Below, piece by piece: positions 1 to 9,741 of a stretch of DNA of 64,000 nt. Source of the DNA: an uncultured Spirochaetota bacterium (lineage in GTDB: Bacteria; Spirochaetota; Brevinematia; Brevinematales; JAOACQ01). Numbering within the stretch: the first letter of the stretch is position 1; each line of letters starts with the position of its first letter. The stretch covers positions 512,001 to 576,000 of the forward strand of contig CAWIGG010000004.1 in assembly GCA_963835575.1 (NCBI GenBank), written 5' to 3'. The notes under the pieces were generated by a model that saw nothing but the letters and a program-made list of their open reading frames with translations, was not told the DNA's origin and did not search any database. Both the position numbers and the translations under genes were made by a program.

Positions 1-3
1 AGA

Positions 4-1248
4 TTGCTTTGGGAAGAATACCTGAGAAAATATCCAGGAGGCTATCGCTATTCTCAATTCTGCTATCACTACGGCATCTGGAAAGGTTCTCTTGAAATAT
101 CCATGCACCAGGAATACAAGGCCGGAGACAAGCTTTTTGTTGATTTTACCGGCGCGAAATTTCCGATTGTAGACCGTTCCACAGGAGAAGTTATAGAGAA
201 AGAGGTATTCGTAGCCATTCTTGGAGCAAGCCAGTATACATATGTGGAAGCGACGGATAGCCAGAAGAAAGAAGACTTAATCAGGGCTATCGAGAACGCG
301 TTGTATTACTTCGGAGGATCACCAAGAGCCATAATACCCGATTGTTTAAAAAGCGCTGTAACGTTGGGCAATAAATATGAACCTGCAATTAATTCTGAAT
401 TTCAGAATTTTTGCAGACATTATTCTATGTGTCCCCTCCCTGCAAGACCATATAAACCGCGAGATAAAGCACACGTTGAAAACGCCGTAAAAATCACCTA
501 CAGCTGGATATTTGCCGTTCTCAGGAATAGAGTTTTTTATACTCTGGGAGAATTGAATATTGCTATACGGGAACAATTGGGAATCTATAATTCAAAGAAG
601 ATGCAGAAGCTCAAAGTCAGCAGGCGGGAATTTTTCGAGGAAACAGAACGGAAAGAGTTAAAACCGCTTCCGAAGGAAAGATACAGTTTTAAAAGCTTCT
701 CAAAAGCTAAGATCCAATTCAACTATCATGTCTGTCTCAAAGAAGATTCTCATTACTACAGCGTTCCATATCGATATAGAGGCAAAATGGCAGATATTGT
801 TACTTCCGATCGGACAGTGGAAATATTTGTTGATAATATCCGCATTGCAGCCTATCCACGGGACCGTAGAAAGCAAGTTTATACAACCACACATGAACAT
901 ATGCCGCCCCATCACAGGTGGGTCGGAGACTGGAATCCGGAGAAGTTAACACATTGGGGTAAGTCGCTTGGTCCGGATGTTGAAGAAATGATAAAGAGAG
1001 TCCTGCAAAGCAGGGATTATCCAGAACAGGCATATAAGGTCTGTCTGGGCATCTTAAGCCTGGCCAAAAAACTCGGAAAAGAAAGGCTCGATAAAGCCTG
1101 TAAACGGGCGCTTGATTTTCAGTATTATTCATATCAGGGAATAAAGCGGATTCTGGAGAAAGGCCTGGATAATTTTGAGGAAGAATCGGTACTGTTTCCG
1201 GCCGTTAAGATGCATGAAAATATCCGCGGAAGAGAATATTTTGAATAG
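4..1248 (+). CDS. istA: IS21 transposase IstA (5'-truncated by window edge)
   Basis: rve/DDE motifs FVDFTG, IPDCLKSAV, PARPYKPRDKAHVENAV, HYYSVPY, HENIRG. Confidence 0.93.
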   Translation: MLWEEYLRKYPGGYRYSQFCYHYGIWKGSLEISMHQEYKAGDKLFVDFTGAKFPIVDRSTGEVIEKEVFVAILGASQYTYVEATDSQKKEDLIRAIENALYYFGGSPRAIIPDCLKSAVTLGNKYEPAINSEFQNFCRHYSMCPLPARPYKPRDKAHVENAVKITYSWIFAVLRNRVFYTLGELNIAIREQLGIYNSKKMQKLKVSRREFFEETERKELKPLPKERYSFKSFSKAKIQFNYHVCLKEDSHYYSVPYRYRGKMADIVTSDRTVEIFVDNIRIAAYPRDRRKQVYTTTHEHMPPHHRWVGDWNPEKLTHWGKSLGPDVEEMIKRVLQSRDYPEQAYKVCLGILSLAKKLGKERLDKACKRALDFQYYSYQGIKRILEKGLDNFEEESVLFPAVKMHENIRGREYFE

Positions 1249-1260
1249 GAGGAACTGAAT

Positions 1261-2004
1261 ATGACCAATGAAGCAACTATTGAAAAAATGCAGAAGATGA
1301 AACTGCATGGGATGTCCAGGGCGTTTGAGGATATCATTGCCGGTAAAACGCCTGACGGCCTGACTGCCGATGAAACAATTGCGCATCTTGTGGATTCGGA
1401 ATGGGACGAAAGGTATAATCGGAAACTGTCATCTTTAATCAAAAGAGGGCGTTTCAGATATCAGGCTGGTCTGGAGAATCTTTCTTACCGTGCGGATAGA
1501 GAACTGGATAAAAATCTGATATTGAGGCTTTCGAATTGTGATTGGATACGAAAGAAAGAAAATATGATTATTACAGGCGCTACCGGCAGCGGGAAAAGCT
1601 ATCTTGCATCAGCTTTCGGTAATCAGGCTTGCCGGCAGGGCTACAGGACCCTTTATTTCAACTGTTTGAAGATTTTTACCCGGTTAAAATTCGCAAAAGC
1701 GGAAGGTAGTTACTCAAAAGAAATGAATTTTATCCAGAAGCAGGATTTATTGATACTGGATGATTTTGGTCTTGAAATTCTTGATACACCCTCAAGATTG
1801 TCTCTTCTGGAAATGCTTGAGGACCGGCATGGTAAAAACTCTACTTTGATAACTTCTCAGCTGCCGGTAAAAGATTGGTTTGAAAAAATCGGTGATCCTA
1901 CGATAGCTGACGCAATCTGTGACAGGATAAATCATTCTGCTATTAAAATCGAATTGAAGGGGGTTGATTCTATGCGTAAAATTTATGCTAAAGATTCTGG
2001 ATGA
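1261..2004 (+). CDS. istB: IS21 helper ATPase IstB
   Basis: Walker A GATGSGKS, Walker B LLILDDFG, ADAICDR; GGAGG RBS. Confidence 0.95.
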   Translation: MTNEATIEKMQKMKLHGMSRAFEDIIAGKTPDGLTADETIAHLVDSEWDERYNRKLSSLIKRGRFRYQAGLENLSYRADRELDKNLILRLSNCDWIRKKENMIITGATGSGKSYLASAFGNQACRQGYRTLYFNCLKIFTRLKFAKAEGSYSKEMNFIQKQDLLILDDFGLEILDTPSRLSLLEMLEDRHGKNSTLITSQLPVKDWFEKIGDPTIADAICDRINHSAIKIELKGVDSMRKIYAKDSG

Positions 2005-2101
2005 AACATGCCACCTGCCTTAAAATGTTTTGGGAATTTTAGTGTTTTGAAAAGTGGTAACATTTCGCCCGGAACCCCGGCACATTTCACCGGAATACGC
2101 A

Positions 2102-2305
2102 ATCAGTTGAAATTCCAGTACCATTATCGTAAAAAGAAATACTTTTAGCGTTTTCATCAATAGTTATAATAAATATAGTAGCGTTTTTATCAATAGAATT
2201 TGATACTGCTTCCCTTGTTTTAATACGTATATCCGAATAAATTGATTTAGCTATAGTATTAAGAATTCCTGCTTTTACATTAACAGAGGATAAATTTGTT
2301 TTCAT
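2102..2305 (-). pseudogene. N-terminal fragment of a GHKL (HATPase, Hsp90/MORC-like) ATPase, interrupted by IS21
   Basis: MKTNLSS...SIYSDIRIKTREAVSNSIDKNAT...FYDNGTGISTD carries the ExxxNxxD and DxGxG boxes, then runs into the IS end; G-rich RBS before ATG 2305. Confidence 0.8.
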
Positions 2306-3410
2306 CAATTCCCCCCTTTTTTGTTCTTTTAATGATCTTATCATATTCATAAATTTTATAGAGTTTCTGTATAAATTCTTCCTTATTGTTTCCATAAATA
2401 TTCAAGAAAGCATTTCTATCCTTCTTTATTAAGCCCTTCTTGTAATAGAAAAGCAGACTAAGATTAAATGCACGTAATAAATACGTATTCCAATATTTTC
2501 CTGGAATTGTGGCGTTTGTTTCAACAGGTCTTCTATAACGCATTGGAAATGAAAGGACCCCTTCTTTATTCAATAAATTAATACGATAATAAAGTTCTTC
2601 TGGTGTATCATTATAGTTAAATAATACATAAACTCTGATTTCAGTATTAGTATTTTTCTTTGCAATAGATATAGCTTTTAATATATCTTTTTCATAACTG
2701 ATATTATCAAATGCAAATCTTATTGGGTCAAGTCTAATTTTTGATAATAATTTTGATTTATCTTCATCATAAAGTCTTGCATCAATACCTTGATTAAAAT
2801 CAACAATTTTATTAAAACTGGCTAAAGTTTCACAATCCTTTTCAAAGTTTGGCGATTGTAAAAAATTATTATCCCATAACGTTATATATTTTAATTTAAT
2901 ATCAACATCTCTTTCCCATCCCACCCTTACAAAAAAGTTCGGTTCAAGTGTATTTACACTGCAAAAACCACAATGACGTTGACAACCTCTTGTAGTAAAA
3001 CTGATGGATGTATTTATTTTTCTTTCGAAAGAGAGAGAATAATCAGGTGGATAAAATTCTGCATCCATATATAGTCCTTTATGAATAATGACATTCTTAT
3101 AAGGAAATTCTATATCATTAATCAGAGTCGTACCAATACCACCGACAATAATTTCACTTAATGGAAATTTTTTTGAATAGAAATCTATACATTCGACAAG
3201 ATATTTGTAATCCCAAGTAAAAAGTGAAGTAATAAATATTTTATTTGGTTTGTTTATGTGTTGAGGAATTCCTATACCAACTTGAGAAACAACTGTACAT
3301 CCTTTATATTTATCTTTAAGCATTGATGATATTTTTAATAACCCTAATGGTGGATATGGAGTCTTAGAAACTGGTTCTACTAATAAAAACTGATCATTTG
3401 TATTAATCAT
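2280..3410 (-). CDS. Radical SAM protein with N-terminal cobalamin-binding-like domain
   Basis: TTRGCQRHCGFC (CxxxCxxC), N-terminal YPPLGL...ITSLFTW...IIVGG, WDNNF, DFNQGIDAR; strongly AT-rich. Confidence 0.85.
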   Translation of the reverse strand: MINTNDQFLLVEPVSKTPYPPLGLLKISSMLKDKYKGCTVVSQVGIGIPQHINKPNKIFITSLFTWDYKYLVECIDFYSKKFPLSEIIVGGIGTTLINDIEFPYKNVIIHKGLYMDAEFYPPDYSLSFERKINTSISFTTRGCQRHCGFCSVNTLEPNFFVRVGWERDVDIKLKYITLWDNNFLQSPNFEKDCETLASFNKIVDFNQGIDARLYDEDKSKLLSKIRLDPIRFAFDNISYEKDILKAISIAKKNTNTEIRVYVLFNYNDTPEELYYRINLLNKEGVLSFPMRYRRPVETNATIPGKYWNTYLLRAFNLSLLFYYKKGLIKKDRNAFLNIYGNNKEEFIQKLYKIYEYDKIIKRTKKGGIDENKFILC

Positions 3411-3822
3411 TAAAAAAACCTTTTATCCATATAGAGTATTCTATTTATTATATGGAATATTTATTTTCCGGTCAATTAGATGTTGTATTAAATAGAAATT
3501 ATAATTCATTGCTCAATATCATAAAATTTAGTAATTAACTCTTTTGGATTTCATAGGAAGAATCCCAAGAGCGGAACCTCTATTAAGGGTAAACTCTAGC
3601 GTTATAATTAATTTGTTGTGGCATAGTGTTCAAGTCTTAATATAATTGTTCCTCCCCCCACCCAACAAAAAAGGCAATGGCTTCAACACCATCGCCCATC
3701 AATCCCCCTTAATCGCAAAAACAAGCTCAAAACCCCCAGTCAAAGACAGTAAATCATATTGCGTTTCAAAGGATATGTCAATTATTGTGAAATCCCGCCT
3801 GACATCCGGCTTCTTTATTCCC

Positions 3823-3891
3823 GGACATCTCGGTAGTGCGGCCCCTCGATACAATTTCGCTGTATTTCTATGGACATTTCGATAGTGCGGC
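3823..3891. repeat. Two 20-bp direct repeats with a 29-bp spacer
   Basis: GGACATCTCGGTAGTGCGGC (3823-3842) and GGACATTTCGATAGTGCGGC (3872-3891), 18/20 identical. Confidence 0.75.
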
Positions 3892-4348
3892 AAAGCAGGG
3901 AGCGTTAAACTCAATGTCCGTGTTTTGTCTTATTTTATTATTTTTTTTCTTCATTATCGTCCCCCGGCGGGGGCAGAGAGTAAACTTTTCCAGACGCGTC
4001 ACTCAGTTAATTATGGAATTGTAATGCAGAGCATCGCGCAGAGGGCGTAGTTTTGCCCGCGACCGGCCGGCTTGAACGTGCGGAATGTCTGAGCGCGCCC
4101 ATTGTCGGCAATTCAGGAATCAAGACAGATTTACAAAAGAATCTTTCATAAAAACGCTTACAATGGGTGTGCGAGTTCCGCGCGTGCGGCCGGGAGCGGA
4201 TGCAAAACAAGCCCTCGCAGCGTAGCGTGCTTTTGTTTTTATAAAAAAAGAATATGATTATAAAACAGCATCCGGAAAAGTTTACTCTCTGCCGCTATCT
4301 TCCGCCGGGGGACAATCCTGCTGGCGATGCGCGCAGCGCATCGCGCTC

Positions 4349-5020
4349 TCATTTATCGAGTGCGGCTTCCAGCAATGTGATGAGAATTTTTTGCCGGTCC
4401 AGCGAAAGGAAGTGATCGGCCGTGAGGATGGCTTGCCCGAAATCCCGGCCAAGGAAATCAAAAGAAAGCTTTTCCCCTGTTGAGAGCGCATGAATGGAAA
4501 TATCGAGAATTTTTGAAAATTCCGCGAGTTTGTCAACAGTGGGATATATTCCTGATTCATATTGGGATAAAAGGTTCCTGGTAATTCCCAGCTTTTCGGC
4601 AAGGCTGGATTGGGTCATACTTCTCAAATTACGCATATTTTTTAAATTGGAATGAAAATCCCCGGTCAATTCGATCTTAATTGGGTCCCGGCACAATTCC
4701 GCTTTTAAGGCGGATTTTTTACCAAGCAGTGACTCGGCGGTGATTCTTAAGTTTTTCCTTGAAGCGGAAAAAGGGCCTCTGTCCAGTTTTTCGGCCAGTC
4801 CGATTAAATTCAGGTTCCGCGGATACGGGCATTCATCCCCCCGCATAATATAATCCAGGGAAAATTGAAAAACATCTTTTATTTTGACCAATACCTTAAA
4901 AGACGGGTAACTTCTGCCATTCTCATAAGCCGTTATGGTATTTGGGTCTATCGATAACTTTTGAGCTAATTGTTGGCGGGACAAATTATAATAATCTCTA
5001 ATTTCTTTAAGATATTTCAT
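4349..5020 (-). CDS. XRE-family regulator with two HTH domains
   Basis: LKEIRDYYNLSRQQLAQKLSI...YENGRSYP and LKNMRNLRSMTQSSLAEKLGI...YESGIYP; AAGAGGA RBS before ATG 5020. Confidence 0.85.
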   Translation of the reverse strand: MKYLKEIRDYYNLSRQQLAQKLSIDPNTITAYENGRSYPSFKVLVKIKDVFQFSLDYIMRGDECPYPRNLNLIGLAEKLDRGPFSASRKNLRITAESLLGKKSALKAELCRDPIKIELTGDFHSNLKNMRNLRSMTQSSLAEKLGITRNLLSQYESGIYPTVDKLAEFSKILDISIHALSTGEKLSFDFLGRDFGQAILTADHFLSLDRQKILITLLEAALDK

Positions 5021-5051
5021 TATTCCTCTTGACAAACAAATAAATAATTGA

Positions 5052-5083
5052 TGCACTATTTACAAATAGTGTTAAATAGTGCA
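5052..5083. promoter_or_regulatory. Probable XRE operator (perfect 11-bp inverted repeat)
   Basis: TGCACTATTTA-N10-TAAATAGTGCA with a third half-site AAATAGTG in the spacer, about 30 bp upstream of the XRE start. Confidence 0.6.
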
Positions 5084-5777
5084 GCCCTTTTCTTTTAATA
5101 GAATTTGTTTGCACTTTATATATATTTCAAAAAATTAAAAATGCACCTGCATATTTTCAACGCAAGCAAACCCGGCTTTCCGAAGTCCTGGCCGGGCGAA
5201 GAAAGCAGGGGGCTTTAAATCGGGAAATATCCACGAATTTTATATTATAAGGCGGACATCCGCTTTACGCAATTCGGGGGTCATATTTCTAAAGGTTGAA
5301 TTACAATTTTGTGGGAAAGAATGGCGGGATAAATCCCTTTTTATTTTTCACATTTTGAATTTTTATCAACCCATTTAATACACAAACAATACCACAAAGC
5401 GGCTAATAAAAATCCCAGACCGATAAAATATGCCCTATTATTGAATCCAAGGAAAAGAGAAACAACCGATTAACCAATACAAAACCAAAAATAACCCAAT
5501 GCTGTTTTCCTGCTGTAAATTCCCATCAAACCGATTTTTACCAATAATGGGAATCCCTGAGTATTTTTCATTTTTATCTCCTGACAAATCTAGTTTATTA
5601 AAAATATTAAGCATTGCAGTGCTAACAAATTTCTCTTTTTATAAAGCATTTAAAATTAATTGTATTTATCATAATAAAGCACTGTTTAGCTGTCAAGACC
5701 GGATTATTTATAGTTTAATGTTTTATCTGATGAGAAGATTTTGTTTGTAGGTTTTATGTATTGGATTAAATTGGCTG

Positions 5778-5823
5778 ATCCGCGATAATTCGCCCAATCC
5801 GCGTCATCCGCGTGCAGAATTGG
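5778..5823. repeat. AATCCG-unit boundary repeat, right-end orientation
   Basis: ATCCGCGATAATTCGCCCAATCCGCGTCATCCGCGTGCAGAATTGG resembles 49928-49972 and 41026-41064. Confidence 0.7.
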
Positions 5824-5930
5824 ATCAGTATAATAAGGCTGCAATAATTTGTTTTTATAATCGTTCTTTTAAGGAATTGAATGAAAAATATTAATCTGTG
5901 TAATCTGTGGTTAATCCCTGGTCTTTGCGC

Positions 5931-6470
5931 CTAGTTAAATCCCAATTCCTTGAGTACTATGGACGCCATAATAGCCGCGACTGTGCCGACTTTCGATGAA
6001 TAAAGCTTATTCTCATGAAAGTCCGAAACAAAATCGCCCGCGATATAGATATGACCGTTCGGCTTTTTGACCCGGATGGCACTTGTATCGAGCCCGGCGA
6101 CGCCGGATGCGCTGACAATAACTGCCGGGGATTCATAAAAAGTTTCCAGCAGCATGGCCTTGAGTACCGCTTTATCGAAGCCTTCTATTATAATGCCGCA
6201 GTCATGAAAAGTCTTTTCGATATTGTCCTTATCAAGGACGCTGTTAACTTTTTCGATAACGATCTCGGGATTGATGTTTGTTAAATTTTCCTCAAGGGCA
6301 TCAACCTTGAACATGCCGATTTGATTTTTGAAATAAAACTGTCTTGTGAGGTTGGATTCCTCCACCTTATCGAAATCGGCGATTTTGAGCTGTTTTATAC
6401 CGCTTCTTGTAAGATGCATGGCAACGTTACTGCCGATCCCGCCGATGCCTGCGACCCCGATTTTAATCAT
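5931..6470 (-). CDS. thiF: Sulfur-carrier adenylyltransferase, ThiF family
   Basis: GIGGIGS, DFDKVEESNLTRQ, next to thiS. Confidence 0.85.
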   Translation of the reverse strand: MIKIGVAGIGGIGSNVAMHLTRSGIKQLKIADFDKVEESNLTRQFYFKNQIGMFKVDALEENLTNINPEIVIEKVNSVLDKDNIEKTFHDCGIIIEGFDKAVLKAMLLETFYESPAVIVSASGVAGLDTSAIRVKKPNGHIYIAGDFVSDFHENKLYSSKVGTVAAIMASIVLKELGFN

Positions 6471-6472
6471 AC

Positions 6473-6676
6473 TTATCCCCCGCCGACAAAGCTGACGATT
6501 TCAAGGCGGTCGTTAGTCTTAAGTTTTGTTTCCTTCCAGAACTCTCTCTTAATGATATTGTAATTGAGCTCGGCAACGACATTTTCGGGAATGAGCTTTT
6601 TTTCACCGGCAATAAAATCATACAGGTTTTCCGATGCGATTTCAGCCTCTGTTCCGTTTAAGATTATTTTAATCAT
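6473..6676 (-). CDS. thiS: Sulfur carrier protein, ThiS family
   Basis: Ubiquitin-like size, C-terminal EIVSFVGGG. Confidence 0.9.
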   Translation of the reverse strand: MIKIILNGTEAEIASENLYDFIAGEKKLIPENVVAELNYNIIKREFWKETKLKTNDRLEIVSFVGGG

Positions 6677-6698
6677 ATAAATCCTCATAAAGACGTTG

Positions 6699-6731
6699 TT
6701 TCCGGCTGTAGAATATTATTACAGCCGGAAA
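6699..6731. terminator. Intergenic stem-loop between metY and thiS
   Basis: TTTCCGGCTGTA-N9-TACAGCCGGAAA, perfect 12-bp stem. Confidence 0.55.
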
Positions 6732-6740
6732 ACTGTTTTT

Positions 6741-8039
6741 TTATACTTTTGCAAGGGCCTGGTCCAGGTCGGCTATGATATTATCGATATTTTCAAGACC
6801 GATGGAAAGCCTCACCAGGTCCGGGGTCAATCCGCCCTCTTTCTGCTGTTCTTCTGTAAGCTGTGAATGCGATGTGCTGGCCGGATGCAGGGCTAAAGAT
6901 TTCGCGTCGCCGACATTCGCCAGATGCGAAAAGAGGTTCAGGCTGTTGATAAATTTCTCGCCTGCCGCTTTTCCGCCTTTTACTCCGAACACGACCATTC
7001 CGCCGAAGCCTTTTTTCAGATACTTCGAGGCGACAGGGTATGTCGGGTCGTCCTTCAGGCCGGGGTATCTGACCCATGCCGCTTTCGGGTGCTTCTTCAA
7101 ATGTTCAGCGACTGCGAGAGCGTTTTCGCTGTGCCTGGGCATTCTGAGATGAAGGGTTTCCGTGCCCTGCAGGAAAAACCAGGCGTTATCGGGCGCGAGG
7201 CATGCGCCCAAATTCCTGAGAGGGACTGTCCTGAACCGGAGCGCGTAGGGTATCTTCTTTAATTCAGGCGGAAGATCGGTCGCCCAGTGAAGTCCATGGT
7301 AATTCTTGTCCGGCTGAGTAAAAAGTGTGAATTTGGGGTCATTCCAGTCAAAATTGCCGGCGTCGGTTATAATGCCGCCGATGGCCGTGCCATGCCCTCC
7401 GATCCATTTGGTCAGCGAATTGACGACGATGTCCGCCCCATACTCGATCGTCCTGAGCAGGTAGGGCGTTGTGAAAGTGGCATCCACGATCAGCGGAAGG
7501 TGGTGCTTTCTGGCGATTTTTGAAACCGCCTCAATATCGGTAAAATCAAGGACCGGGTTGCCGATGGTCTCAATAAAGATAGCCCTTGTTTTTTCGTTGA
7601 TCACCTTTTCAAAACTGGCCGGGTTCTTATGATCGGCAAATTTTACATTAATTCCCAGGTCGGGGAGAATAGCGTCGAACATGGTATAAGTGCCGCCGTA
7701 AAGGTTTGACGCGGACACGATCTCGTCTCCGGCCTTCGCCAGCGTTATGATCGCGTAAAATACGGCGCTTGTGCCGGATGATACGGCGACTGAAGCGGCC
7801 CCGCCCTCAAGAGCGGTGATCCTCTGTTCGAGCACATCGTTGGTAGGGTTATTCATCCTTGTGTAAATATAGCCTAATTCCTTTAAGGCGAAAAGATTGG
7901 CCGCCCTTTCCGCGCTCGGGAACACGAAAGAGCTTGTCCGGTAGATTGGTACGGCCCTTGACGTCGTCTCGTCGATTTTCTGCCCCGCATGCAGGGCCAG
8001 TGTTTCGAATCCTGCTTTTTCCAGATTAATATCAGACAT
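6741..8039 (-). CDS. metY: O-acetylhomoserine aminocarboxypropyltransferase/sulfhydrylase
   Basis: IYTRMNNPT, SLTKWIGGHG (PLP Lys), HLANVGDAKSL. Confidence 0.92.
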   Translation of the reverse strand: MSDINLEKAGFETLALHAGQKIDETTSRAVPIYRTSSFVFPSAERAANLFALKELGYIYTRMNNPTNDVLEQRITALEGGAASVAVSSGTSAVFYAIITLAKAGDEIVSASNLYGGTYTMFDAILPDLGINVKFADHKNPASFEKVINEKTRAIFIETIGNPVLDFTDIEAVSKIARKHHLPLIVDATFTTPYLLRTIEYGADIVVNSLTKWIGGHGTAIGGIITDAGNFDWNDPKFTLFTQPDKNYHGLHWATDLPPELKKIPYALRFRTVPLRNLGACLAPDNAWFFLQGTETLHLRMPRHSENALAVAEHLKKHPKAAWVRYPGLKDDPTYPVASKYLKKGFGGMVVFGVKGGKAAGEKFINSLNLFSHLANVGDAKSLALHPASTSHSQLTEEQQKEGGLTPDLVRLSIGLENIDNIIADLDQALAKV

Positions 8040-8053
8040 TTTTTTCCTCCTGT

Positions 8054-8977
8054 TTATTCTTCAAAGAGCCATGTGCTGAGATATCTTTCGCCCGTGTCAG
8101 GGGCTAAAGTGATTATTGTTTTACCTTTGTTCTCCGGCCTTTTTGCGACTTCCATGGCAGCCCAGACGTTGGCGCCCGCCGAAATCCCGACAAGTATACC
8201 TTCTATTTTCGCCAGCGTTCTTGAGACGGCGCCCGCGTCCTCATGCTTGACCTGAATGACCTCGTCGATTATTTTCCTATTGAGCACATCCGGTACGAAA
8301 TTCGGGCCGATTCCCTGGATCTTATGCGGCCCGGCCTTTCCGCCTGATAATATGGGCGAATCGACAGGCTCGACGGCTATGGCTTTAAAATCCGGGTTCC
8401 TTGATTTTATGACTTCGCTGATCCCGGTAAATGAGCCGCCTGTCCCGATCCCCGCTATGAGAAAATCCGCTTTTCCTTTTGTGTCCTTCCAGATCTCTTC
8501 CGCCGTTGTTTTTCTGTGAATCTCGGGATTGGCGGGATTTTTAAACTGCTGGGGAAGAAAAGAAGAGGGGAATTGTTTTGCCAGTTCCTCCGCCTTTTCC
8601 ACGGCCCCGGCCATTCCTTTAGCGCCTTCTGTCAGGACAAGCTCCGCGCCGAATATTTTTAAAAGTTTTCTTCTTTCCACGCTGAACGTGTCCGGCATGG
8701 TCAATATCAGCCTGTAGCCTTTTGAGGCGCAGACAAAGGCCAGGGCTATTCCCGTGTTGCCGCTCGTCGGTTCTATGATGACAGTGGATTCATTGATCAG
8801 GCCCTTTTTTTCGGCGTCTTCTATCATCGCCAGGCCTATGCGGTCCTTGATGCTGGAAAGCGGGTTAAAAAATTCCAGTTTCAATAATATTTCAGCCGGA
8901 AGACCTTTGCCTATTTTATTAAGTCTCAAAAGCGGCGTATTGCCGATAAGCTCGGTAATGCTGTTCGCTATGCGCAT
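8054..8977 (-). CDS. cysK: Cysteine synthase A
   Basis: [34 protein letters not shown]. Confidence 0.95.
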   Translation of the reverse strand: MRIANSITELIGNTPLLRLNKIGKGLPAEILLKLEFFNPLSSIKDRIGLAMIEDAEKKGLINESTVIIEPTSGNTGIALAFVCASKGYRLILTMPDTFSVERRKLLKIFGAELVLTEGAKGMAGAVEKAEELAKQFPSSFLPQQFKNPANPEIHRKTTAEEIWKDTKGKADFLIAGIGTGGSFTGISEVIKSRNPDFKAIAVEPVDSPILSGGKAGPHKIQGIGPNFVPDVLNRKIIDEVIQVKHEDAGAVSRTLAKIEGILVGISAGANVWAAMEVAKRPENKGKTIITLAPDTGERYLSTWLFEE

Positions 8978-8989
8978 AAAAACCTCCTT

Positions 8990-9691
8990 TTATATCTGAA
9001 ATCCGTCTACAACGGGTATATTTCCTTTTTCGAAAATAAAAAGCCCGATCCCGATATATTCCCTGAATTTGAGATAATTGTTCCTTTCCTCTATCCAGGC
9101 GGGGTCGCCGCCCCGGTCTGAATAATAGATTTCCCACCAAGCCGGCTCATAATAAACCCGGTTATAAACATCTTTAAAGCCGGTCTTTTCCAATTCCCAG
9201 ATCAGGCTTTCCCGGGAAAGCACTTTAATTTTCCTGTTTGTCCAGATATTCCATATATCTTTAGGGACCATATTCCCCATAAAAACGACTTCTATCAGGA
9301 TCAATATCCCGTTTTTTTTCAGTACGCGGTATGCTTCAAGTATTCCCTTATCAAAAAACCCCCCTATCGCTCCCGAAGAATAGACAATATCAAAGCTTTC
9401 ATCCTGAAAGCTGAGATTCTCGCCGTTCCCTGTTTCAAAATGGAGGTTTTTAACGGATTTTTTTGAAGCCAGCTTAACCGCGGCCTCATTTATATCGACG
9501 CCGGTCATCTCGCAGCCGTATTTCTGTGCCAGGTATTCCTCTATCTCGCCTGTTCCGCAGCCAACACTGAGCACTTTGTCATATTTATGAATGGCGGCAT
9601 GCTTTTCCGATTCCAGCGTCAATTCAATCCCGGCCGGCGTAACGATCCTTTTACGGGGGATCCTGTCAATCAGTTTGTCTTTATCTGTCAT
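8990..9691 (-). CDS. Class I SAM-dependent methyltransferase
   Basis: VLSVGCGTG, FDIV, EAYRVLKKNG. Confidence 0.85.
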   Translation of the reverse strand: MTDKDKLIDRIPRKRIVTPAGIELTLESEKHAAIHKYDKVLSVGCGTGEIEEYLAQKYGCEMTGVDINEAAVKLASKKSVKNLHFETGNGENLSFQDESFDIVYSSGAIGGFFDKGILEAYRVLKKNGILILIEVVFMGNMVPKDIWNIWTNRKIKVLSRESLIWELEKTGFKDVYNRVYYEPAWWEIYYSDRGGDPAWIEERNNYLKFREYIGIGLFIFEKGNIPVVDGFQI

Positions 9692-9741
9692 TTATTCCGT
9701 CCTTTTTTATTAACGGTTATAAAAACCAATATTAATGCCTT

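Larger units (their letters stand above)
1..2101 (+). mobile_element. IS21-family insertion sequence (left end outside window)
   Basis: istA-istB pair; right end ...GGCACATTTCACCGGAATACGCA ends in CA at 2101, preceded by a related copy GGTAACATTTCGCCCGGAAC (reiterated transposase sites typical of IS21). The AT-rich interrupted gene resumes at 2102. Confidence 0.9.

Noticed and set aside
2306..2395. N-terminal extension of the 2087..2395 ORF
   Set aside because: Overlaps the radical SAM gene; the RBS supports ATG 2305, and the last codons (CVFR) derive from the IS end.
3823..3891. CRISPR array
   Set aside because: Only two 20-nt repeats and no cas genes in the window.
5499..5750. 83-aa ORF downstream of the divergent XRE promoter
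   Set aside because: Low-complexity AT-rich translation with no RBS or motif.
5728..5760. Hammerhead ribozyme (CTGATGAG)
   Set aside because: No supporting stems or downstream GAAA core.
5367..5777. Long degenerate inverted repeat
   Set aside because: Similarity is weak and may reflect A-rich versus T-rich composition; it needs an alignment significance test.
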